From assembly GCA_965645245.1 (NCBI GenBank), contig OZ287069.1:1116001-1180000 (forward strand): DNA of 64,000 nucleotides. The letters run 5' to 3'. This DNA is from Massalongia carnosa (taxonomy: Eukaryota). The position numbers were made by a program, and so were the translations under genes. Below the pieces are notes generated by a model. It saw only the letters and a program-made list of their open reading frames with translations, had not been told where the DNA came from and did not search any database. Shown here one piece after another: positions 25,941 to 38,278 of the stretch. Every line of letters begins with the position of its first letter. Position 1 is the first letter of the stretch.

Positions 25941-26174
25941 ATTTGATTACAGGAGGCTTAGTGGCAGACTGAAGGCTTTGAAAGGTGATTATATTAATGC
26001 TATCTAGAAGGAAGGAAGTTCGAGGGGGTCCTCCCGAGGACCTTATTGACCAGATTGTTTGCTATAGCAAACACCTCCTTAACCACCTTACCGCTTTAGG
26101 ATTCAGGGGGCCGGCCTATTGTAAGGCCGGCCTCCGATAAGGCTAGGTGGACCGTCGCTATTGTCAATCCAAAG
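25941..26174 (-). repeat. 5' LTR (234 bp)
   Basis: Direct repeat of the 3' LTR with an extra TTATTGACCAGATTGTTT; followed on the minus strand by the PBS. Confidence 0.95.
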
Positions 26175-26500
26175 GAACCAACCAAGGTAGAACTGTTTTG
26201 GCTAAGTAAAGCAGAGTTCATTGCTGGAGTTGAAAAGCCAACAAGTGTCGAGCTATTCTGGCTAGGCAAAATAGAATTCGTTGCTCGAGTTGAAGAACCA
26301 ACCAAGGTAGAAGAACTGTTTTGGCTAGGTAAAGCAAAGTTCGCTAGTGGGGTTGAAAATCCAGCAAATGGAGCATTGCTTTAACCACGAAAACCACGGT
26401 TCACTGCCAGAGTTGAAAACCTACCCAATGTAGATCTGCCTTGGCCATGCAAACTAGAGTTCGTTGCCAGAGCTGAATGCCTACTTGATGAAGAGCTACC
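26175..26500 (-). repeat. Degenerate ~54-bp (18-aa) repeat in the host pseudogene, about 6 units
   Basis: Units resembling SQNSSTLVGxSTxAxNSxL recur; DNA core GTTGAA(A/G)A spaced about 54 bp apart. Confidence 0.8.
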
Positions 26501-29500
26501 TTAGCCAAATATAGGCGTCGGAGGAGGCTCGCGCTGCTCGCTATTTAAATTATAGGTTGTCTCAGATGAAAGCGCCTCAGTTGATCTGGCGGCGGATGGC
26601 GCTTCAGTTGTTACACGCTTACGACGTAATGCTGGTAATCTTGATGATTGGCCTTGCCCTTCCACATCTGCTTCATCATCTTCCTCACGGTCTCGAGGCT
26701 CTTCGACAGGTGCAGTCATGATGTCTTCGAAGCCGGGGTGACGGTGCTTCGTCATCTTCCTCCGAGTCTCTGTCGGTTGGCGTTAATCCGATTTCTCTTG
26801 ATCGTTCTAGGAAACTCTCACGGATGTTTTGTTGATGGCTGATTCCGGGAGTAGGCAGTCTGGGGTTGACATTTTGAGCAGGCAGTCTTGGAGTACCGTT
26901 AAGAGTAGGGAATCTGGAGTTATTGTTAGGAGCTGGCAGTTTAGATGGACCACTTCCAGCAGCCTGGATAGGAACGCTACCGAGAGTTGTAAGAGTGGGG
27001 TTTGCACCGTGTCCACCCAGCGCGGCATACGCAGGGACTTGGATGCCGAACAGCGCTGGATTGAGCACCGCACTTGGATTGACCCCTGAGGGAGGAGGTT
27101 GCCAATCCGGAAATGGAGGTCTGTGCGGGTTTTCGACCGATCCGTTCACGAACGTGGATGAACCAACCTCAAGCTGGGAACGGGACAAGAGCCTAATTCG
27201 AGATCTAGGTTACCTATCGAATGCTCGAGCTACTATGCCATAGAGAGTGTTAGCCGAGCAATAGGCATAGGTATGCCCACCAGGGCGGCACTGACAGAAT
27301 CAAGGAGATATCTATCCCAGCGTAGGGGTACGGGCCACGGAGTGGCAAGGCCATTGGTAACCTAATTGCCGCGTCAGCTCTATGGGAAGGCCTTGGGTGA
27401 TGTTGGAAAGTAATTTCACTTACAAAAGCCTCAAGACTTCTATCCACACCCACCACATCATCAGCTTGCCGGGTTATTTCGAGGAACAACTCTTCAGCCT
27501 CTCTCGCCGTGTTGGCATTGTCATGAATTTTGTTTCCGAACTGGATCCACTCATAAACGCTGTCCATAAAATCTGGCTGGGGACCAATGGACATATGCTG
27601 TGGCGGCGGCGGCGGAGGAGTAGGTGGGGGGGGAGAGGGAGGAGGCGGAGGGGGGGAGGATTCATCTTGCCAGAGACGAGTTCCTACGCTCTAAAAGATA
27701 TTGAAAATAACGAGTAAGGGTAAAAAGACAAGCAAAGAAAATCCGCTGCGGTCAACGCTGCGGCGAAGAAGGCCTGCTTCGTTTGGGTTGGATCTGGTAT
27801 CTGCTTTTAAAAGAGGAAAATCTGGACCAGCCAGAAACTTGCTTTTGATAATAAGGAAGAGATTTTGTGTAAGCCAGTACACAGTTGATTAAACAGTTGC
27901 GCTGAAGGTATCGACAACCATGGACAAGAGAAGGATACGATGGGAAAAGAAGATGAAGAAGAAATAAGAAAGAAACGGGAGGCGAGAGATATAAGTAGCA
28001 TACTCGCCCGGTGAATGAGAGTTGAGAAGCCATGTTCAATAGCAACGATATATGCTCGTCAATAGAGTTCGTGGATATTCTCAACTATGATGACTTTTTC
28101 TTATTATTCACCCCAAAGTTTCAAACGTTGCTATTGAGATGTTACGAGATCTATTATCCACAATCTCCAAGCTAGCAGTTAGATGAGTTTCGGAATTTAT
28201 CGACAAAGGAGTCTGTGTTGAACCTTGAGCGATAATAGAAGTAGTAGCAAGGAAAAGGAGGTTGGGTTTTCCATACCGACAACGCTCGGCCACAAATAAC
28301 ACACACAATCCACAGCATTACATCATGGCCGTTTAGCATCTTTGCTCGACTCTGATCGATTGATGACTTCGAGCGATTATATGAAAGCATTCATGAACCT
28401 TTCAAGCCGTTGAAATATATCATATGTCTAAGTTAGAGTTCTGGAGGATTAGGTTGCTGATACCTGTTGCCGCACACTCAATACATTCATCTAGATTCTG
28501 ATTCTGATATCTCTCCATTGATTTTAATACCACGCCTCTTTCATCTTTCAGCTTCCAGATCAGTAAGGCTAATGCTGAAGTGCGACTCCATGGACGAAAA
28601 GCACGAGACGACTGGCAATATTATACAGTTTACTGCCGCCATTCACACGCCACTCCTTTGAGCAATGTACCCATGTAGCTGAAAATGGAGCATCCTTGCA
28701 GATGAGTAGTCACCGTACATGTGAACTTGTCATAAGTTCGTTATGTGATGTAGCAGCAGCCATGTAGTTGTAAAGCTCTCGGGATAAAGACCCATCAACG
28801 CAGCGAGACCCTCAGAGCAAGCTTTTAGACATATATCTAAATGGTAAATGAAGTGCAATGATACTTTCACAAAGAGTCGGATGAAAACCAGCAAAGCGTC
28901 TACGACCAATTACTATGGCGGTAAACTGGTGCCGAAGCGCCGGCTGACCACCTTCACGTGGAGATAACACACACACACACCTTGCCAGTTTAAGCTTGGA
29001 GTGCACAATTCACTCTCATCAAACTGCCGCCTCAGGTACGTGTCCAACGGGATTCTTCAAAACCATCTAAAGAAGCTAGCGCCTTTCTCCGGAAAGATCC
29101 GGTTCACCATTCGCAGGGTCATCAAAGGAGAGTATTCAATGGAAATGCGATTCCAGAATGTCGAGTTTTAAAGATAACGCTTGGTCTTTATTATACCCTC
29201 AGGAATATTGAAAAGCTAAATTTTAAACGGAGAACCTCTTAAGAGACGATGACAGATAGGTAAAGTTTACATCCAATCGGTACAAGCCACGAAAAAAAAA
29301 TCTTAGTCGAGAAGAAATCAAGTCCTTCATCAGCCTCGTTCCTTTTTTTTTAGGCGGAACAAAGCCGATCAAGGGCCAATATTGGGCAACAACCCTTGTC
29401 CGAGTTGGATGTGCCGTTCTAGAGCCTAGCTGCACCAAGAGAGTCTCAACAGGTTCCTCGGTTTCTTGAAATTTGTAAATATTTAGGCTCAGCAGCATTA

Positions 29501-30791
29501 TTTCTATCGGCTGGGGAGCATATTCTACATTGCTCCAGCATCAGAAAGCGACAAGGTGGAGCCGTTAAATATTTCAAAGACCTTTGGTCTGTAGCAAAAT
29601 ATTCGATTCCTAGCTTTGACAGGTAAAGAGGAAATTTTGCACTAAAGCTATATGTAGTAGAGCTGCCGTAGCGCTTTGCGTAGCTGAAATATATGCAAGG
29701 CATTGAACGTGATCTGTGACGCCAGCCTTAAGGATTCCTGTGCAGCACTCTACATTCCATTAAGCCTTCGTTCATAACATGCCTGCGGGAATAAGTGTCA
29801 TAGTACAGCGGCTTCTGTAGACAAAACCAATGTTCCATATCGGAAATCCTCAAAGGAAGATTAATCGAGACTTTGCCGTCGATGGTAACAAGCGAGTTTA
29901 TGGTTTTGCTACATGCAATGAGTGCTGCAGACCTTCAAGCTTGGTTTTACTTCAGAAGCGTCGTTGCGTAATGAGAGGGTGACCCTGCGACTGAAAATCC
30001 ACCATATGACCTACACATTTGGGAGGTACCTAAGCAAGTCGATACCTGAAATATCCGAAACGGAAGAATATATAATTTCGAGTGTCTGACGTTCTCGTTC
30101 CATGGTTTTCTGAGTAACGCTATGGCTAACCTGCAGGTTGTGGGTATGATACAGTGTGCCAGATCTGGAGGTATGGGTGATAGTCTGGAAGGGTCACCTT
30201 ACCCTTGAGTCAAAGCAGGGTTTGTACCAATCTTATCGCCATTAGATATGGCGGGGTGGACAATAGTGCTGGCTCTAGTAATCGAGTCAAGTAAAGGTTT
30301 GTTTCCATGCAGCCACAAGTAAATAACTCCAAGACAGTTGTTTTCTTCCCAGAAAATCTGAATGATCTGTCTTTAAGAAATGAAAGGGTAATATCATGTA
30401 TGGAATGAATACGGTGTGATATGTCGTATAGAAAGCATTAATTGACAGATGTTAAATATCCTTTTCGCATATGTAAAGTGGCAATAAATTCGAAATATAA
30501 AAACGGCCTGGAAACCCGGCTAAACCGAAGGTCCGACCAGATATCCTTCATCATACAACGCCTGTTACTTCTCAAACGAGCGGGAACGCCAACTATACAT
30601 GGGTATTGAGTCAAATCATAATCCAAAAAGCCCAGAGGGCTGCGTTCAAAAGAATAGTCCATCCCAGGTGTTGCGAAAGAATAAACGCAAGCCGCAGCGC
30701 TGAGAGGACAGGGACCCGTCAAGAGTTAACTGCAGGTAAAATATGCTAAACACGAAACAAGACGGCTCGATTCCAGTGCCGACTATCCTTA

Positions 30792-31721
30792 TCAGCCGAG
30801 GATAGCGGAAACACTCATCACGGCCCGTGTAGGTGAAAGTTTTGGGAGTTCAACTCCGTGAATCAACGATTGAAACGGAGGGAGCTGGCACTGAGAGTGA
30901 GGCAATGGTCTTTGTAGGGCGTTATACACCGCAGGAGAAGTGCTTGTCGCTACGTCGGCGAATTGATGGAGTCGTTGATAGGTAGCTGGAGAAGGTTTGT
31001 GCTGCTCCGGGTGCCTTTGTAAGGGTGAGGAAGTATCGGATGCCATATCCGTGGTATCGAAACCAAGGCTTGGGAGGGTTGGTGGAAATGCCAACGATCG
31101 TGGTGTAGTCAAGGGTTGTAGCCTAGGATAGGCCATCCTCGCCACATTGGGAGATGTTGACACAGTGGAACTGGAGTCGGAGACAAGGGATGGTGCTGAT
31201 CCCACCGAATCTGCCATCGAGACCTCGGAGACGGCCGGCGAAACCATTGGCATTTCGATCCGTTCTGGATGCGATGGAATCATGATGGATTTCGGGGCAT
31301 GCGCGATAGAAGTAATCGGCCGTGCGAACGAAAGATGCTCCACTTTCTCATCGAAATCCTGCCGGCAGCGTCCGCTGCCTTGACGCCTGACAACGATCCG
31401 ACGTCGGCGGTTCATGCCACCGTTCCACCAGTTCTTGACGGCATTGTCGCTCCGGCCTCGAAGTCGTCGTGCAATCTCAGCCCAGCGCTTGCCCATCTCG
31501 CCTACCAAGCGTTCGATGGTGGCCCCCTCTTCCGGAGTGATTGGATCATGATTCAGTGATGGCTTGAGATTTTGGTGGAATCGCTCTCTGCATTGTTTTG
31601 GAGACCTCGTAGTGATGAGATGAGAAATTCGGACCCAGTTGTGTGCGCCTTGTGACTGGACGAGCTGAAGGAGGTAAAGATCCTCGCCTTGCGACCACGG
31701 TCCCCGCTTATGACAGCCCAT
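30792..31721 (-). CDS. flbD: R2R3 Myb transcription factor, FlbD/RCA-1 type
   Basis: MGCHKRGPWSQGED...NWVRIS...RSPKQCRERFHQNLKPSLNHDPITPEE...GKRWAEIARRLRGRSDNAVKNWWNGGMNRRRR; first ATG at 31721. Confidence 0.9.
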   Translation of the reverse strand: MGCHKRGPWSQGEDLYLLQLVQSQGAHNWVRISHLITTRSPKQCRERFHQNLKPSLNHDPITPEEGATIERLVGEMGKRWAEIARRLRGRSDNAVKNWWNGGMNRRRRIVVRRQGSGRCRQDFDEKVEHLSFARPITSIAHAPKSIMIPSHPERIEMPMVSPAVSEVSMADSVGSAPSLVSDSSSTVSTSPNVARMAYPRLQPLTTPRSLAFPPTLPSLGFDTTDMASDTSSPLQRHPEQHKPSPATYQRLHQFADVATSTSPAVYNALQRPLPHSQCQLPPFQSLIHGVELPKLSPTRAVMSVSAILG

Positions 31722-34700
31722 TATGAATATGTAACAATATGTAACACTATGCCACGGCAGTATCACCTCAAGGCTGCAACGGCGTGAGTCACAGGCGCCT
31801 GGGATTAAGTCTGACAGTGTACATACAGCTGCTTGATATAACAAAAAAACCAATGGGGATGGGTGGAGGTGGCAAAGCAGGTGGACGGACTATTCTTGAT
31901 GGTCGTACGGTTGCAAGAAAGAACGAAGACAGGAAGATATATAATAGACAAAACGTGTGGTTTCGGGAGAGAGGTAGGGGGGGGGGAAAAGACGATGGAG
32001 AAGAAAGGCAAAAAGGTGTGGGGATAGGCGTGTACAAGGTAACCCTTTCAAGCCTTTTAGATTTCAGATGAGGCAGTGGGGTTCAATTTCAGGGTAAGGG
32101 TTCAGGAAAGGCCAGGGTGCTTTTGGGGGGGGGGGAGGAGGGAAAGAAGACTAGCGAAACATCTGCTTTCGGTGGGAAAGTCAACGTCGGTATGAACAAG
32201 CGTGAGATGAAGCAGTGGAGAGGAAGAGCGCAAAGGAAACGGGCTGAAGCGGAGGAGAATTTAGGGATAAGCTCGTGATGAGAAAGAGGAAAGAGGCGTT
32301 TGATCAAAGAAGGCCTCCTAGGCGCAAAGGGTACTAGTGGAGGCCGATTATCCTTGGTTTTGATCTCCTTCGACCGAATCCAGAAATGGCCAGGTATCGT
32401 AGTGGCTTCTGCTTGCAGCATAGTAGCTAAACCCGCGAATCATCCACGAATCAACTCAGCTTTGCGGAGGGAAAGGGATGTCTGATGATGCTCGAAGTGA
32501 TGATGAGATATAATGATGATGCGCTACAGGGGACCTTTTCGTCTAGTCTACTGCGGGAGAGAGAGCGTCAGTCAGTTTTACGGAGTAGGTATAGCTAGGT
32601 AGGTACAGAGGACTAGGTACTCCTATACTCACTTGGTTAGTGGGCTCGTAGGGCAATAAATAACAAAGGTCAAGGCAAGCAGGGGGATGCATGGGGGACA
32701 ATTAATCGGACTGTGATAATAATAGGCAGGCAAAATCACAACGAAATTGCGAAATCATCCAACTACAGGTGTGACGACGACATGAATGATCCTGATCGCG
32801 ACGACGCAGTGTCTCCGGAGTGCGCCGACCGCCCGTTCGAAACCAGTTTGCATGATCAAACGTACAGAGTACACAGCTGCAGAGGTGGATGCCGAGGTAC
32901 CTCGTACCTCGTACCTCCTGGGAGAGAATTCATTCGCCAGTGCGTTGATCCGCGCTCTAGTGAAGAACACCTGAAAAACGCAACGAAGGATGGATGAGAT
33001 TGGGTGCGCAGGGTTCAGGCAGCAAACTTCGCTTTTTCCTCCCAGCAGCTCTGGGGACTCGGTCCGTGGTACAGGATTATGGGGCATTAATCGTTAACCG
33101 ATCATTCCGCGTTTAATTATAACCCTCTCAGGATAAAATCCATACCAAACGCTTCGGCAGGTGTTTGCGTCTGGAAGGGGAAGATGAAAGCAAGGACCGC
33201 ATGGCAGGGGGTTCATCATTGCGGCAAACGCCTGTGTCCCAGCCGATTCATGAGGTACATGGTGCTTGCTTGATGGGCAGCACCAAGATCCGATCCGATC
33301 CTGCCCCTTGGATTTAGTGCCGATACGCCAAACTCAGTCACCATCACGTCCTGCCGTCTCGTTTGGGGTCGGGAAACGGGCTGCCGTCAGCGCATTGGGA
33401 GGACTGATATTTGACAGCTTGCACGGGGCAGCCTGGGACTCCCAGGCTGGGAGGCTTCCTCATGTTGAGCGTGTTTGTTTGGCCAAACCCCTTTCCGTCT
33501 CTTCATCTCCATCATCCTCTCCTTCATCGTCGCTAATGCAAAGCTTTGATGGATGACATCGTTGATCCGCTAAACCCATGCTGAGACTAGCTACATGCAT
33601 GAATCCTCGTAACCCTGGCCTTGGGTTTTTAGACCACGCCTAGACCTTTTCGAGCCCTGTCCTTCGCCTGTTTGAAATCACGTTGAGCAAGGAATAAGGA
33701 GTTATGCCCGCTACACATTTCATCCTTGCCATGCGCATCACGCCCCCTTTCACCCACCCGTGGCCCATGGCACCCATCCATCCAACTTGCTGAACCCACT
33801 GCTCATGGATCGTCCTTGCGAGATGCGACCTATCCAGGCATCCTTCATTCCTCTTCTACGCCAACGTACGAAGAAGGGTATGGAAGTACGGGGTAACTCC
33901 TACATACCTCTATACCGTACGAGTTGAGCCAAACAAATCTCTTTGTAGTATGCTAAGCAATTAAGCAACTGAGCAACTGAACAACTGACCGCTGTTTCGC
34001 GAGGCCTTCCTCATCATGTTTCCCAGGATTGCGTCCACCACGAATCGTTCACCATCCGACGTGCTTTCTCCCCTAGTGCTTAGTGCTAGTTGTGGCGACC
34101 GGCATTATTGAAACCAAACCATTATTTCAACGTCTTCTACCGGCTTATCTAGAGACGCGACATGATTGGGTAGGACCGTTGCACTTTCAAAGCACTCATA
34201 CATCATCTCAGCAGCGCAGGCATGCGTGTTGGGGGTTTGGGAAAACGGCTGGAATTAGACCGAGCATGTACGAGATTTCCGTCTCCCTCGATATCGTCAT
34301 TACCAACCGATGGCCAGATCTTTCTCTCGGGTGTTCGAGTAACGAATGGCACTCGTACTGCCTGCAGGATGCATTCACATACCACATCTTCCTCAGCATT
34401 ACCATCATTACCACCACCCCTTTCATCACTGATTCATTGTTATTGCGAGCAAATTGTGTTCGACACTCTTTATCGCAGCTCAACGTCCCGGGCCAATACT
34501 GAAGAATTTACAGGCGCCCGAGGACCTGGGCCCAGTATGGCGCTAAGATCGGAGAACCGATCGCCGAGGAAAGGGCCAAATATGATTGGAGAGCTCGAAA
34601 AATACGAACCCAATTCGATTACGGTTGGTCTCCTGAATTCTTTCTCGGCCGCAAATAGTTCAAGCATAAATGCTTTTGGAACACCTTGCGCGCTGAGCAA

Positions 34701-37700
34701 AGATTGATGGCGTCGTATCACAAACTAACTCGACTCCAACCCATCATACCCTCCAACCCCGCGTTGAACACCGTTCGATCGAACTACACAATCTGGTCAT
34801 AGCAAGGCTGCCCACCTTGTTTTTGAAACGCCGACGGTGCTTCGCGATTGTGCCTGACCTGCACATGGAAGCGGATCCTGCACGTTGAAGCCCGAAGCCC
34901 ATGATCTCTTCAGGACTTTTGTAAGAATCCTAAAACTATCGAGATGAAATCATTGTGCAACGCAAGCCTATTATTGATTCTCGGCTCTGTAGATTGGCTG
35001 AAATGTAACCGACCTACTTACCGAGTAAAGAGGACTCGTACTCGGTACCTGTTATGACACAAATTTCCCTTCTTCGAACCCATAAACCTGGACTCGTAGG
35101 GCGTGGAAACCCCTAACCAAACAAGGCACAGCAGCGCCAAAGTGCCAAGTTGACCGATTTCGTGCGGAATGATAACAAGCAATGAAAACACCCGACGGTT
35201 TACTCTCCACTCCGTATTGAGACAACAGAGAAAACAATGGATTGCCGCCATTTCGCTTAAAACCCGCTCCATAAGGTTAACTACTCTGTACTCCTACATC
35301 GTGGACTTGGCAGACGTTAGCCGGTTTGACAGGTGCTGCATGCAGCATCAGCCCGGCCGAACTTTCACAAAAGCATCATACCGACCGTGCGACCATGCGA
35401 CCATGCGTGCGACGTGCCTGCGCTTGGGGATTGACGGGTAACTGCGGACTTGGAACTGCTGCAGTTGCACTACTCCGGGACATGTCGCTGTCTCAGCCTC
35501 GCAGAACTTTGCCGAGCCAGCGGTGCTCACTCGGCTTCCGTCGTTGCGTGATTCCCAAATCCTGGGGTTCTGAAATCCATGCACTTATGCACGTACTCCA
35601 CTCGAGATTCTACCTCCGAAGCGTAAAACCCGATGCATTGATACGACGGATATAAACTACCGATGAGATTCGTCGGCAGATGTAGGACATGAAACAACGC
35701 AACGGGATGATGATTCATCGCGATCCACAATGATGGGGTATCGAAGATCTAGAAATTAAGCATGTATTGTCTGGGGGATGGTTGAGAAACAGGGCGCAGA
35801 CAAATCAAAGAATCTGTTACTAATGCACCGCCGGTGGTGTTTGCAAGTCAGGATCCAGCGGAAATGGAAAAGGTAGTTACAGAGAACTCTGTCGTCTTGG
35901 ACGAATGGAGCGTACAAAGTACAGAGCTGGGCAGCAAAGTAAACAGAGCACGGGACGCGAATGATTCGATAGTAAAACCTCTTCCCTGAATCCGCCACCT
36001 TCTTTTTCGATTATTTACTCCCAAGCTTCAGAGCGCTTGAATTACCGAACGAATACCTAGGTACCTAGGTAATTTAGTCGGAACACTAGTTATTGAAGTC
36101 TGGTTTGCGGAAAGATCCTAGTTTTTTGCTTAGGTCGGCAACGATGATGTTGGAACGAAACAAGAGAAGTGGGTGAGTAGGTCACTAGGTCACTCGATAG
36201 CTATCTCATGTGGCCGATAAGGAAGATGCCTGTTTCCCATCATCGCCGAGTGCTGACGCTTGCGTGAAGGCCTTTTTGGCAAAAAGTATGGGACATGCCG
36301 AGAAGTATATCCAAACCCTTCGAGGAGAGGCCTTCCGCCGATCACCACTCCTAGTGAACCAATTAGCAAACAACGTGACGGTTTTTAAGTATTATTATTT
36401 GATTTTAGAGCGTGTCTCATTCATCCCAACGAAAGAACTTGTAACCGCTACAAAGGCGCAACTATTTTAATTTCCATTGCCTTGCACCAAAACAGCCCCC
36501 AGTAGCATGGATGAGGGGGAGGAGAACGATGGATAGATGCTTTCACGCCACCAGCCTCGCAAACCGCCCCGCTTCCTTGTCTCCATGTGCTCTCTTCTCA
36601 ACCTTTCTCCCCAGAACATGCGCGAACCTTGATCTAGGCAGGTATTCTCACCCTTTTCCGCCACTCCGGAGCACCCTGAAGCCGCCAAAGCCTTATTTTT
36701 CCCTCTTGGACACGAGGCCGAGTGTCTAAACAAAAAAGAGACCCTTTAATGCAGTGAGTGAGAGAGAGAAAGGCCAACTAAGAAAAACCCTGAATCTGAA
36801 ATCATCCCGATGCAGCAGCCACCAGATGATCAAACACCAAACCCCACCAACGGGAAACAGTGCTGGGCAAACCCCCCGCGCCACATCGGTTGTGTCGGTC
36901 AGTCAATCAATCAGTCACCGCCCTTGACCGAAGCACACAATACTCAACGTTTTAACGCGAGGCCCCCAATAAAACCGCCGAGATGCTTTCTGTTCATGGG
37001 AGCCCCAAAAAAAAAACACCCCCCCTTTCACCCCTCAAAAAGCATCCTACCGACCTACACGACCTACCGACCTACCTACCTACCTCCCTTAGCCCCAAAC
37101 AGAACCTCGAAAGTATCTTATGCCCACATGTTCCATGAAACGGAAAAGTCAACTTGACGTTTAGGAGGCCCCCCCTAACCTCAATTTCCTCCCTGAATCG
37201 ACCTCGTGCCCCCCGGCAGGAAAGCCAAAAAATACTTTACCTCCACACGGCACGAAACACTAAGAAATCATCCGTCAAGGAGTAGTCACGGCATTGATTC
37301 ATTTGCCACGCGCCCCTAGGGGGCGCGTTTATTGCTCATGACTTCCCTGTTATCATCATCATCTTCCATCTTCCTCCTCCTTAACGATTTAGCAATACAT
37401 GGTAACAGAGTACTCTATAGAATACCTATCTACTTATCCTCCTCCCTCCCCCTTTCTCTCTCTCTCTCTCTCTCCACAAGTAAAGTCCTAACAACCTCAG
37501 GCACAACCCTGGTTAAATCTCACCTGGTGTTTGCAGATCGGTAGGAACGGCTACCTTGAGAGAAGACGGGTTGTAAATACATACTTGAAACCCCCCCTCT
37601 CCCGGGGACCCGCGCAACAACAACGACAACAACCATCTAACAAGGCAATGCAAATAGAGGCAGACGGGCAGGTAGGTAACTCGTGATAAATACCATTATC

Positions 37701-38278
37701 TACCTGCTTACCCTACCCTACCCTACCCTGTCCTTGTGACTTTCTCCTTTCTGGTCAGGATGCCTGCCCACATACAGATCCAGCTTTTTACCGGGGTGGT
37801 GGTGGTGGTGGTTTCAAACCCACTCCCTAATTCGGTATGTTTTTTCTTTCCCAAAAGTGGCCGCGCAGGCGAAGAAGCTACCTGCGGAACTATTATTGTG
37901 TGAGATTAAAGTCACTTACCATATGATTCTAGTAAGATCTATGTATGGTTTGCCCCCCCCTCCCCCCCCCCCTAAATCGAGATGAATATCGCCCTAATTC
38001 ACTCTCCCTGCATAATGATGGCCTGGCCGGCGTACGTGCCTAATGCAGACCACCCCTCCCCCGTTTCCGCCAAAATTAACCAAAAATCTCCTCCCAAAAA
38101 AGTCGTCAGTTGGCTAGTTCAATTGCAAAGCGAGCACTTCGCAATGCTCCCATGCCCTTTACATCCCGTTATCCCAAGAAGAAGCCCTGTATTCCTCCCC
38201 AAACTCCTCCAGCCGTGGTCCCTTCCTCCGCGTCGTAGACATCGAATCCACAAAATGAGACAAGTACTCCTTTCCCCG

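Larger units (their letters stand above)
21094..26174 (-). mobile_element. Full-length, mutationally inactivated Ty1/copia LTR retrotransposon
   Basis: LTRs 21094-21309 and 25941-26174; TSD GAACC at 21089-21093 and 26175-26179; PBS 25929-25940; PPT GAGGGAG next to the 3' LTR; domain order gag-PR-IN-RT-RH. Confidence 0.97.
20177..27665 (-). pseudogene. Decayed PHD-finger plus Myb/SANT-like nuclear protein gene, split by the copia insertion
   Basis: PHD-like CFLCD...VQC...FHYSCVGL...P...WFC; Myb-like W..E...L...KWKEISKRL...AVKNY*NR..R...GLDER. The frame is continuous across the reconstructed empty site. Premature stops at 26501, 26381, 21055, 20449 and 20426; frameshifts near 27655, 26750 and 20440. 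The 5' boundary is uncertain. Confidence 0.7.

Noticed and set aside
21097..26171. Canonical TG...CA LTR boundaries
   Set aside because: They give no TSD, leave 3-nt gaps at the PPT and PBS, and leave 6 extra bases relative to the host repeat unit.
31722..31853. N-terminal extension of the Myb ORF (likewise the SEC23 and TFC4 upstream extensions)
   Set aside because: They begin at non-ATG starts in the ORF track; homology begins at the downstream ATG.
37711..37729. (CCCTA)4 telomere-like repeat
   Set aside because: Not the CCCTAA unit and too short; an ordinary microsatellite.
37750..37830. tRNA-like fragments (TGGTCAGGAT, GGTTTCAAACCC)
   Set aside because: No cloverleaf can be folded; the fragments are embedded in a (GGT)n microsatellite.
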